DNA of 64,000 nucleotides from Anaerohalosphaeraceae bacterium (GTDB lineage Bacteria > Planctomycetota > Phycisphaerae > Sedimentisphaerales > Anaerohalosphaeraceae), in NCBI GenBank assembly GCA_963675525.2, contig CAXXSL010000013.1, positions 416,001 to 480,000 on the forward strand, read 5' to 3'. Each line of letters begins with the position of its first letter. Within the stretch, counting starts at the first letter, position 1. Positions 38,263-47,189 of this stretch are shown piece by piece. Below the pieces are notes generated by a model. That model had not been told where the DNA came from, did not search any database, and was given only the letters and a program-made list of their open reading frames with translations. The position numbers and the translations under genes were made by a program.

Positions 38263-38856
38263 TTAAAAAGGCCACAAGAAATCTAAAATGGAACCCAACC
38301 AGCCGTTTTTTATGTAACCCGATGAGTTTCCTTCGTTTTTGACGATAATGTGAAAGTCATTGACAAATTTGCTGTTAATGGTGTTGTTATAAGCAATATC
38401 ACAGACCCTGACAATTCCACTGGTCTCGATGATTTGAATGTCTCCGCCAATATCTCTCTTGCGAACCCCTTTAACCACAAGATTTCCATTCGGCATAATA
38501 TCCACCACAACGACAGAGATGGAATCCACATAGCTGCGTTCGTCCTGATACTCTGCTTTTCCGCTCAGCGAGTTGTCTGAACCGGCGGAAACTCCAAACT
38601 CACCCAGATCTGTAAAATTGCCGATTTTACCGTCAAAATCCACCGACTTTGAAACACTTTTTTCCAAGTCACGCTCGGAACTATTATCCACTTTGCTATC
38701 TTCGGTAATGTAGATCGTCAATGTATCTCCGATCTTCTGCGCAACATTATCGGTATAAGGCTCTTTCATATTCTTGTCACGTTTAGCCCAGATCGAACCG
38801 GCCTGTAACGAATTGGCGGCAATAACAACGATAATAATAATCATCCATTTCGGCAT
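38263..38856 (-). CDS. flgH: L-ring protein
   Basis: IGDTLTIYITE, PNGNLVVKG, SGIVR..DI, GWL...DFLWPF. Confidence 0.92.
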   Translation of the reverse strand: MPKWMIIIIVVIAANSLQAGSIWAKRDKNMKEPYTDNVAQKIGDTLTIYITEDSKVDNSSERDLEKSVSKSVDFDGKIGNFTDLGEFGVSAGSDNSLSGKAEYQDERSYVDSISVVVVDIMPNGNLVVKGVRKRDIGGDIQIIETSGIVRVCDIAYNNTINSKFVNDFHIIVKNEGNSSGYIKNGWLGSILDFLWPF

Positions 38857-38867
38857 TATTTAATCTC

Positions 38868-39857
38868 CTATAATATTGGTGACACGGTTCCATCCGGATT
38901 GATCTTCATTGATACAATCCTACTCGAATCAATGTTTCGCACTCGGATTACGTCTCCCTCATTACCTTTTTGGAGAGCAATGCCGACACTGGTTACAATG
39001 AAGCCGTATTTTTCCGCGCGAATCACCACGTTCTCGTTTCGTTTGATTGAAACGCTAAATCCTTCTGACTGGACCATATCGAAACGAATTTCGGTCCCTT
39101 TGGACAACCGTCTGCCCGCAACCATTCCGACAGGGTTGACCCATGTCTGCCCGGGCGGCTGGTCTTCAACACGTTCTTCGATCTTCACCTTTTCATTCGA
39201 AATGATTTCACCTTCCTGGATTGCTTCGGCGGCAATCGCCCGCAAAACTTTGAACTTAAGACGAAAATCAATCTCGGTTTCGGCAATTGGCTTTAGGCCA
39301 TCAAACACCTGAACTTTGATCTTTGCATAATTGGCCGAGGTTCCGTCAAGATAAGAACACTTTATGACAGGCAGGTCCGGTTTTCTTTCAAGGTTCAGAT
39401 CGCCAACCTGGCGGACAGGCTGAATATAACAGACGTTTTCCACCGGGGGGTTCTGGCAAAGAAACGCCTTTGCCGCCTCAACAATCCGTTCTTCTGCCAG
39501 CCTATGATTATCACGCGTGACCGTGACGTCCTGAGCCCCGGAAAAAACCAGTTGAGCAGCATCGATCCCGCTGCAAACCAGTCGTGCCTTTATTGTTTCT
39601 TTTTCAAAGACCAATTGCTGGTCTTCGGATGTAATCTTCCCGAGCAGAATTGGTTTGATTGTCCTCACCAGATTCTCGTCTCCAAACAACACGGCAACAT
39701 CACTAATCGTAATTTCACTTTTGTCGACGATAATTGTCCGCGGCAAATGCACCTGCACGGAACTCTGTGAGGACGCAGCAACGATGGTAACAAACGTACA
39801 AATCCAAACCATCACTATCACAGGATATAGTCCGGTTAATTCAAATTGACGCCTCAT
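38868..39857 (-). CDS. flgA: P-ring formation chaperone
   Basis: Signal peptide; C-terminal SAF region GIALQKGNEGDVIRVRNIDSSRIV. Confidence 0.88.
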   Translation of the reverse strand: MRRQFELTGLYPVIVMVWICTFVTIVAASSQSSVQVHLPRTIIVDKSEITISDVAVLFGDENLVRTIKPILLGKITSEDQQLVFEKETIKARLVCSGIDAAQLVFSGAQDVTVTRDNHRLAEERIVEAAKAFLCQNPPVENVCYIQPVRQVGDLNLERKPDLPVIKCSYLDGTSANYAKIKVQVFDGLKPIAETEIDFRLKFKVLRAIAAEAIQEGEIISNEKVKIEERVEDQPPGQTWVNPVGMVAGRRLSKGTEIRFDMVQSEGFSVSIKRNENVVIRAEKYGFIVTSVGIALQKGNEGDVIRVRNIDSSRIVSMKINPDGTVSPIL

Positions 39858-39865
39858 TCTATTCC

Positions 39866-40651
39866 CTATCTGACAATATTATTGGCTGTTTTAAGCATAT
39901 CGTCCCCGGCCTGAATTGCCTTTGAGTTAATCTCATACGCCCGTTGTGCGGTAATCAGATTAACCAGCTCAGAGACCATCTGAACATTGGATTTTTCCAA
40001 AAAACCGGACTCAATAAAACCAAAGCCGTCTTCTCCGGCTGTACCCGTCTGCGGAGCCCCGCTGGCCTCCGTCTCAGCTAACAGATTGCCGCCTTCACTC
40101 GATAAGCCCGAAGGATTTGAAAATTTCACTAACTGAAGGGTTCCGACTACGGATGAAACCCCTGATGAATCCATGACATTGACACTTCCGTCCTTGCCGA
40201 TCGTAATCGATGATGCATCGATGGGAATACTGATGGCCGGTTCAATGGTATAACCGGTACTGGTAACAAGATTGCCTTCTGCATTCATTTGCAATGAACC
40301 GTCACGTGTATACCGGTCTTCTCCATTGGGCAAGGTCACCTGAAGGAAACCATCACCCGCGATTGCAATATCCAACGGACGTTCTGTATTCTGTAATTCC
40401 CCTGTGGTAAAAACCTTCACGGTTCCTGAGAGCTTTACACCGGATCCTATCTCGGTTCCGCTCGGGGAATTAACACCGGCAGAAATCTCGGAACCGGCCT
40501 GCTGCATCTGCACATATAACAGATCCTGAAAATTCACCTGGCTCCGTTTGAATCCTGTTGTGTTAATGTTCGCCAGATTATTTGAAATCACATCCACCAT
40601 TGCCTGTTGGCCGGTCATGCCTGTCGCTGCAGTTGAAAATGCTCTTAACAT
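39866..40651 (-). CDS. flgG: Distal rod protein
   Basis: ISNNLANINTTGFK, FQDLLY, YTRDGSL, LEKSNVQMVSELVNLITAQRAYEINSK. Confidence 0.97.
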   Translation of the reverse strand: MLRAFSTAATGMTGQQAMVDVISNNLANINTTGFKRSQVNFQDLLYVQMQQAGSEISAGVNSPSGTEIGSGVKLSGTVKVFTTGELQNTERPLDIAIAGDGFLQVTLPNGEDRYTRDGSLQMNAEGNLVTSTGYTIEPAISIPIDASSITIGKDGSVNVMDSSGVSSVVGTLQLVKFSNPSGLSSEGGNLLAETEASGAPQTGTAGEDGFGFIESGFLEKSNVQMVSELVNLITAQRAYEINSKAIQAGDDMLKTANNIVR

Positions 40652-40700
40652 TGTTATCTCTCCTGTTCCACTTTAAAGCTAATTCCTGCACCGCCATGGG

Positions 40701-41426
40701 TTAACCCATCGCAACATTGATCAGGCTGTTGGATAACTCACTGCCTGCCTTCAAAAAACTCATATTCGCCTCATACATCCGAGTCACCATAATCATATCC
40801 ACCAGCTCCTCAATCATCTGGACATTTGAGCCTTCCTGGAAGTTTTGGCGAATAACAATATCTTTGGCGGGTTTGGGGTCAATCTCTTCGCTGATGGTAA
40901 AACACCCGGCTCCAATCGACTGAAGTTTTTTCTGATCATCTCCAAACGCAACGATCTGAAACTGATCGATCGTCGTTCCATCAATCGAAATCACACCGCC
41001 GGCTGAAACGTTAACTTGCGAAAGATCCGTGTTGAGCGGAAGGTTGATCGGTCCGTTTTGACCGGCAACAATGCGTCCCTGACCGTCCACGATTTGTCCA
41101 TTTTGATTCAGTTGAAAATTACCGGTTCGAGTATAAAGCGGACCTGTAGATGTTTCAATAACCCAAAAACCCTCTCCGCATAAAGCAAAATCCAAGGGTC
41201 TTCCCGTTTGTATCAGATTACCTTGAGTGAAATCGACCCCTTCAACTCTTTCTGCATTCGAGACGGTTCCATCGTCATTCCCCAGGCTTTGCTGAAGTAC
41301 TTTCGAGAATGTATTGCAAGATCGTTTAAACCCGGCGGTATTGACATTTGCCAGATTATTGGTGATCAACTCGAACTCACGCATGAGATCGCTGACACTT
41401 GCTGAAATCTGCGTCCCTATATCCAT
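40701..41426 (-). CDS. flgF: Proximal rod protein
   Basis: NNLANVNTAGFK, TGRPLDFAL.GEG, YTRTGNF, EGSNV; upstream of flgG. Confidence 0.9.
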   Translation of the reverse strand: MDIGTQISASVSDLMREFELITNNLANVNTAGFKRSCNTFSKVLQQSLGNDDGTVSNAERVEGVDFTQGNLIQTGRPLDFALCGEGFWVIETSTGPLYTRTGNFQLNQNGQIVDGQGRIVAGQNGPINLPLNTDLSQVNVSAGGVISIDGTTIDQFQIVAFGDDQKKLQSIGAGCFTISEEIDPKPAKDIVIRQNFQEGSNVQMIEELVDMIMVTRMYEANMSFLKAGSELSNSLINVAMG

Positions 41427-41428
41427 CG

Positions 41429-42685
41429 CTAATCATCCTCCGCCTGAACAAGTTGCTGAGATTGCTGGACCTCAGCATTGGCGGTAACCGGTTCTGGTTC
41501 ATTTGATTTAGACGTTGCATACGTTGCATACACCAGTTCGTTCATCTCGTGATTGGTCAGCTTCACAAGATCGATATGGATCCAAAACCTTTCCCCATTC
41601 GATTGGTTCTTTTTTACTGTTCCGACGTCGCGAATAATCTTCTCATAGGATTTCATGGACATCTGGCGGCGAAATGTAGAATCTTTACCATTATCATCCA
41701 GGTTGAAAATCACAAGCACCCGATTTCCAATTTCGAACGGCATCTGAGAATCAAATACCAGTTCGGGCCCGGCCATTTCCTTCAGAACAGCTGGATAAAG
41801 AACGATATTTTCTGTCGCTTCAGGCGTTGTCGCTTCAGAAACACTTGAAAACGGTATTTCAGATTCCTCTCCATTCACGGTGCAGGAAAAAGGGAACGGG
41901 GCGAGATAAGCTTTGCGATTAACGGCGGCCCTGATAAAGCTCCGACGCCGCATGAATTTCAGGTTTTCGCTTTGGGCCAGCATCAGCGAGGTTCCGTCGT
42001 AACTGACCGGTGTCGATTCGAATGCCCATGTTCCGCCTCCAACAGCCACTTCGATTTGCCATACCTCTCCAAATGAAACTTCGGTTTCTGTTGTCATAAC
42101 AACCTGCAGGCCTGTCTCCGTATTATCAATAACAGTTGCGGATAATTCATAAGGACGCCCACGTAGTTGACGGACAATGGTAATCTCTTCTCCAACCGGT
42201 ATCTGCCTGCTGCTGAAATGACCACACGCAGACCCTTCAGAAGTATTGAATTGCAGCTTTTGCTTCAGGCAGACCAGTTCGACCTCCAATGCTTCCGCTG
42301 CCTCGGCGCCCTGCTTGTGTAAACATTCTTCCCATAAGTAGGCCGCCATTTGCGTAAAGCCTTCCGGCATATTAAAAATATCTTCCGGATCGGTCAGACA
42401 CAGCAATTCCGCCATTCGAAACAGGTAAGCAACTTCTTTTGAGCTTAACCCTGCTTTTTGTCCAAGGTTAAAAAACAGTTGTTTTTCCCGAGGATTAATT
42501 TTAGCAAGAGCATATGCCCGATAACGCGACCACATAAAAACAACGGCCAACGCAACCAGAAAAAAACCCGCAAGCCCCAGAAACCACATCTCAAAGTTAG
42601 CGCTGGTGCTAAATTGTCCTGCGCTCCTTAACCGTTGTACCGGAGTTAACGCTAATATGAAGTTATGTACTGCAAATAGGGTCAT
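41429..42685 (-). CDS. Membrane-anchored YcgR/PilZ-like protein
   Basis: One N-terminal TM, beta-rich YcgR-N-like region, RRRSFIR (RxxxR) followed by a PilZ-like barrel. Confidence 0.6.
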   Translation of the reverse strand: MTLFAVHNFILALTPVQRLRSAGQFSTSANFEMWFLGLAGFFLVALAVVFMWSRYRAYALAKINPREKQLFFNLGQKAGLSSKEVAYLFRMAELLCLTDPEDIFNMPEGFTQMAAYLWEECLHKQGAEAAEALEVELVCLKQKLQFNTSEGSACGHFSSRQIPVGEEITIVRQLRGRPYELSATVIDNTETGLQVVMTTETEVSFGEVWQIEVAVGGGTWAFESTPVSYDGTSLMLAQSENLKFMRRRSFIRAAVNRKAYLAPFPFSCTVNGEESEIPFSSVSEATTPEATENIVLYPAVLKEMAGPELVFDSQMPFEIGNRVLVIFNLDDNGKDSTFRRQMSMKSYEKIIRDVGTVKKNQSNGERFWIHIDLVKLTNHEMNELVYATYATSKSNEPEPVTANAEVQQSQQLVQAEDD

Positions 42686-42704
42686 CCTTAACCTGTTCCA
42701 TTCT

Positions 42705-44397
42705 CTAACGAATTAAATTAGCCAGCTCCTGCATGATCTCATTGGCAACCTGGATTGTCCTGGCATTCACTTGAAAACCATTCTGAGCCTGAATTAAGTT
42801 GACCATCTCTGTCGCGGTGTCAGCATTGGATCCCTCGAGGGAACCTCCGCGAACCTTCCCCGCTCCGCCCACGGCTCCGGTCATCGCAATCGCTTCGCCC
42901 GAATTCGCCGAAACGCTATAGTAACCATTGCCGATATTCTCAAGGCCCGCCGAATTCTGAAACATGCCGATCTGGATCTGTGCAATCGCTCTTGTGATCC
43001 CATTTGAAAACAGTCCGTTAATGATTCCTTCACTGCTCACGGAAACAGAACTTAGTTGCCCCGCACTGTAACCATCCTGTTCGCGTGCAACAGCCGTCGA
43101 GTCTCCTTTGTACTGCGTTAAACCATCAAACTGCCCCTTGGTGCCCAAATTGATCTCAATCATCTGGTCAGTGCCCGGTGAATTAGCAAACGAAACTGCA
43201 AAACTACCCTGGGAAGGATCATCCAGTCCCAAAAGTGACCCGTCATTGGGATCGAACCGGATACCCTCAATACGACGCTGACTGATGCCATCGACATCAC
43301 CCTGCAACGAAGTCAACACCAAATCCCATGTGTTCTCGGTGTCTGTCGGCACAAACACACCGGACAGCATGTGTTTTCCGCCTAAAGAATCATAAACGGT
43401 AATGCTAACCGCGCCGGCTTCTACACCCCCCAACTTTTTCATATTCAAAATAACTTGGTGTTTCAAGCACACTGCTGCCGGCAACTGCTTGATACTCAAA
43501 ATTGATATCTGTTTCACTGATTCCTGTCTCATTATCAATGACTTGGATTTTTCCATTCACCAGTGAAGCTGTCGAATCTGTCAGAACATTGTTGTTTAAG
43601 TGGTCTATGAAATCGGCGATGGTGGTCCCGGCGGCCACAGCAAATGTCAGTCCCGCACTCAACGCAGTGCCGTCTTTATTATAACCACTGATAACAAGCT
43701 GACCGGAATCTCCGGCGCCCATCTGCCCATCACCCAAACTGCCGCCCGAAAACTGATCCAACAGATCAAACTCCGTATCAATTGACGCCAACGAATCGTC
43801 CTGAGTAAAAGCAATATTTGAGAGCAGTTGCTGCGCCTGGGGTGTTCCCTGAAATGCTTCGGCACTCAGATTTCCGGAGATCGATACCACTGATGTCGCA
43901 TTTGCCGGCATCGCCGTTCCGTAAGGAATCTGAATATTGCCTTCGCCTGGTATCTGGAATCCATCTTCCTCGCCAACCGTACCGATACGCTGGGCACGGT
44001 AACCGGTTTTCGAATCAATCAACATTAATTCCGAATCGATTGAAAACGTTCCGGCTCTTGTATAAACGTCTTTAAGACCGTCATTTAGAGTAAAATAGCC
44101 CGCTCCCTCGATGGCCATATCCAGGGCATTACCGGTACTTTGAATATTTCCCTGGCTCAGGTTGACCGAAATCTCCGCAATGCCAACGCCGCCACCAACC
44201 TGTTGCGGATTGGTCCCGCCCAAAGTGGATGTGGACTGAGTTGCGGATTTAAGGGTTTCGCCAAGTAATTCAGAAAATGTAACCGTGCTGGCTTTAAACG
44301 CGGTTGAATTGACATTGGCAAGATTATTGCCGACAACATCCAGCATTTTCTGATACGCGTTCATTCCGCTGACCGCTGTATTCAATACAGAACTCAT
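42705..44397 (-). pseudogene. flgE: Flagellar hook protein, frameshifted at a G6 tract (43426-43431); 563 aa if one G is removed
   Basis: 43405..44397 carries the N-terminus (GNNLANVNSTAFK, YTRAGTF); 42705..43556 carries the C-terminus (VYDSLG, QDGY, LEGSN, QNGFQVNAR). The frames join as KVGGVEA with G5. Confidence 0.85.
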
Positions 44398-44421
44398 TTT
44401 ACTCTCCTAAAAATTATCAAA

Positions 44422-44826
44422 CTATTCAACGATCATAACCGCATCTGTAGAAATCGCATATTCCCCAATAACCAGCCAATACTCATTTGAGTCACTGTTA
44501 TAAGCAACTTTTTCAACATCTCCACTGACAACTTCTGTCTGACCCTCTTCATTGGCATTATAAAAGGAAACCGTCTTGCCGATCAGCGATTCAGCATAAC
44601 TGCGCTGTACGCCTGCGAGAATACTCTCAAAATTCTGATTCATCCCATCCAGCTTAGTATTTGCTGATTCAAGCTGGCTGAGTTGAGAAAGCTGGGCCAA
44701 CTGTGAGGTCATTTGATTGTTGTCCATCGGATTTAATGGATCCTGGTTCTGTAACTGCGCAATCAGTAGATTCATATAATCCAATTGCAATTGACTTGCG
44801 CCGGTTGCTGGAATATCACTGGCCAT
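44422..44826 (-). CDS. flgD: Hook capping protein
   Basis: LLIAQLQNQDPLNPMDN..SQLAQLSQL, SLIGKTV. Confidence 0.95.
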   Translation of the reverse strand: MASDIPATGASQLQLDYMNLLIAQLQNQDPLNPMDNNQMTSQLAQLSQLSQLESANTKLDGMNQNFESILAGVQRSYAESLIGKTVSFYNANEEGQTEVVSGDVEKVAYNSDSNEYWLVIGEYAISTDAVMIVE

Positions 44827-44880
44827 AACTGATCCTTATCAATAAATCCAAAAAACGCTATTTCAACCTGCTATAATGAT

Positions 44881-44896
44881 TGCAAATCCTGTACCA
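44881..44896 (-). promoter_or_regulatory. sigma54 -24/-12 promoter of the flgD-fliD operon
   Basis: TGGTAC-AGGAT-TTGCA, GG-N10-GC. Confidence 0.85.
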
Positions 44897-45473
44897 ATCC
44901 ATCTGCAGACCGTCGGCAATACGAACATATCTTCTTTTTATATAATAGTTTATATTTCCAACAGACGACTTTTAAACGACCACTCATTGTGTAAAAAACT
45001 CAGTCAATTGAACAAATTTTCCTACAAACGGAACTTATTTCATACCAAGAGCACCAATGAAAAATCAACCCGGACTGCAACGGTTTAATTAAATTGGAAA
45101 ATGGACATACCGGAAAGTAACCAAACAAATTCATGCTGTGATAGCCCTGTGAAAAACTCTCAATTCTAACGGTAATGTATCGATCCTTTCCTTCGCTCAG
45201 AATGATAAATTACACAAAACTACCTTTCCACAGAGGAATCCCGATCCGATTCTTATCACCCCCCGACAAATGCTAAAAAAACTTTAGATAATTGTTTAAA
45301 TAATTCAAAAAAATTAATGTAAACCTTGACTTTGTGGCGATATGAAAGGATATATAGGACCTTTATCCTAATATTAGCAAAAGGTTTATGGTATCAGGGA
45401 GGTAGGCTTATGCTCCGAGATTCCCCTAGAAATGTAGTATAAAATCAATGGATTGATTTAGCTAAGGTATCAG

Positions 45474-46874
45474 ATGATTGTTGACAGTATTGTAGCAGTT
45501 TGTAAAGACCACAGGGTACATCGTTCACTTCAGTCCGTCTGCGCAACATTGCGCATCGCAGACGACTCAAATGAATCACTCGACATCCTTCGAACTGCAA
45601 ATCCTGACTTGATCGTTTTTGACAGTACATTCAGTCCCGAATACATTGAAAATTTTATTGCCGCATCAAATGCAAACTTGGAAAATACTCCTATCATTGT
45701 TCTTGATCCCAATGAAAGCAACGAGGCTGAAAAACTGTATCATGAATCCGGAGTACACACGTACATCAATTTGAACGAATTTCATGAGTGCCCGGAAGAT
45801 TTTATCAGGGCCGTTATATCCGAATATTACAGTAACATCAAAACAGACAGTTCTCCCGATTGTTTTCTGGATCCTGTCGCTGCGCAAGTCGGCCTTGCCG
45901 GTAAAAGTGCTGCAATGACAGATACACTTAAAATGATCGATCTTGTAGCAACCAGCAATTGCAATCCTGTTTTGATCGCCGGTAAAACCGGTACTGGAAA
46001 GGAGTTAGCAGCCAAGGCGGTACATCTCATCCGCCATCCAAACCGGAATTTTGTGGCAATCAATTGTGCCGCTCTCAATGCAACACTGCTCGAGAGTGAA
46101 CTCTTTGGCCATGTCAAAGGGGCCTTTACGGGTGCCGACAAAACAAAAACGGGACTGTTGGAACTGGCCGAAGGCGGAACGATCTTCCTGGATGAAATCA
46201 GTGAAATGGGGGTCGATCTACAGGCCAAATTGCTTCGCCTGTTACAGGAAAAAACATTCCGTCATGTCGGCGGCATAGAAGACATTGAATGTAAAGCAAC
46301 TATTATTGTCGCAAGCAATCGGGACCTGAAAAAGGAAGTCGAAAACAAAACGTTCCGGCAAGATCTCTATTATCGTTTGAACATTTGCCCCATCATTATT
46401 GCTCCTTTAAATCACCCCAGACGACGAGATGATATCGAACTCCTTTCGAACTATTTTTTACGAACATCAACCATTTTCCCCGAGAAGTCCGATAAAATAA
46501 CGGCTTTTACGAAAATGGCTCTCAAAACTCTCATAAGCCACAACTGGCCCGGGAATATCAGAGAGTTGAAAAATACCATTGATCGCGCGATTCTACTCGA
46601 AACAGCCTCCAAAATCGGATCCAGTAGTATTGTTTTGTGCCCGAATATGGACCAGGAACTCAATGACAGCGACGAGATGCCAAGATTAAATACCCTAAAA
46701 AACCTTTCACTCGCAAATGCCGAGAAGGAATTGATTGCAAAAGCACTGGAGCAAACACGATGGCAGAAAACACTCGCCGCTGAGGCACTGGGAATTACCC
46801 GGGCAACGCTTTACTCCAAGGTCAAGCAATATAACATTACGCCTATGGAACAGGATGTCTTGGTCACAACCTAA
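45474..46874 (+). CDS. sigma54-dependent enhancer-binding activator (REC-like/AAA+/Fis HTH); candidate flagellar master regulator
   Basis: GKTGTGKE, ESELFGHVKGAFTGA, FLDEI, WPGNIRELKN, LGITRATLY. Confidence 0.92.
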   Translation: MIVDSIVAVCKDHRVHRSLQSVCATLRIADDSNESLDILRTANPDLIVFDSTFSPEYIENFIAASNANLENTPIIVLDPNESNEAEKLYHESGVHTYINLNEFHECPEDFIRAVISEYYSNIKTDSSPDCFLDPVAAQVGLAGKSAAMTDTLKMIDLVATSNCNPVLIAGKTGTGKELAAKAVHLIRHPNRNFVAINCAALNATLLESELFGHVKGAFTGADKTKTGLLELAEGGTIFLDEISEMGVDLQAKLLRLLQEKTFRHVGGIEDIECKATIIVASNRDLKKEVENKTFRQDLYYRLNICPIIIAPLNHPRRRDDIELLSNYFLRTSTIFPEKSDKITAFTKMALKTLISHNWPGNIRELKNTIDRAILLETASKIGSSSIVLCPNMDQELNDSDEMPRLNTLKNLSLANAEKELIAKALEQTRWQKTLAAEALGITRATLYSKVKQYNITPMEQDVLVTT

Positions 46875-47089
46875 ATATCGCTCCAAAAGACACGCGACCT
46901 TCTTTTCAAAATATCGGAATTGACTGTTTTGAATTCGCTTTTTGCCTTCCTCAAAAATGTTCATATCGTAATCAGACTGTTTAGTTTTAAAACAATGTGT
47001 CTGCATGATTGAGCGAGATGAACGTCATAAACCCCTTTTTACAATCAACAAAACTACTTATTTAATTTTAAACGGAACATCGAAGAATC

Positions 47090-47105
47090 TGGCATATTTT
47101 TTGCA
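47090..47105 (+). promoter_or_regulatory. sigma54 -24/-12 promoter of the TPR-activator-fliLMN-flhA-fliA operon
   Basis: TGGCAT-ATTTT-TTGCA, GG-N10-GC. Confidence 0.85.
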
Positions 47106-47189
47106 ACACTGCAGGGTTAACGGCTTTCTGTCACTCTTGACGGTTATCTTGACACGCAAGGGCAGATAAAGAATGAAGATAAATCTAAA

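Noticed and set aside
42705..43556. Independent second hook gene starting at 43556
   Set aside because: Its first ~40 aa are out-of-frame flgE sequence; FlgE similarity begins only after the G6 tract.
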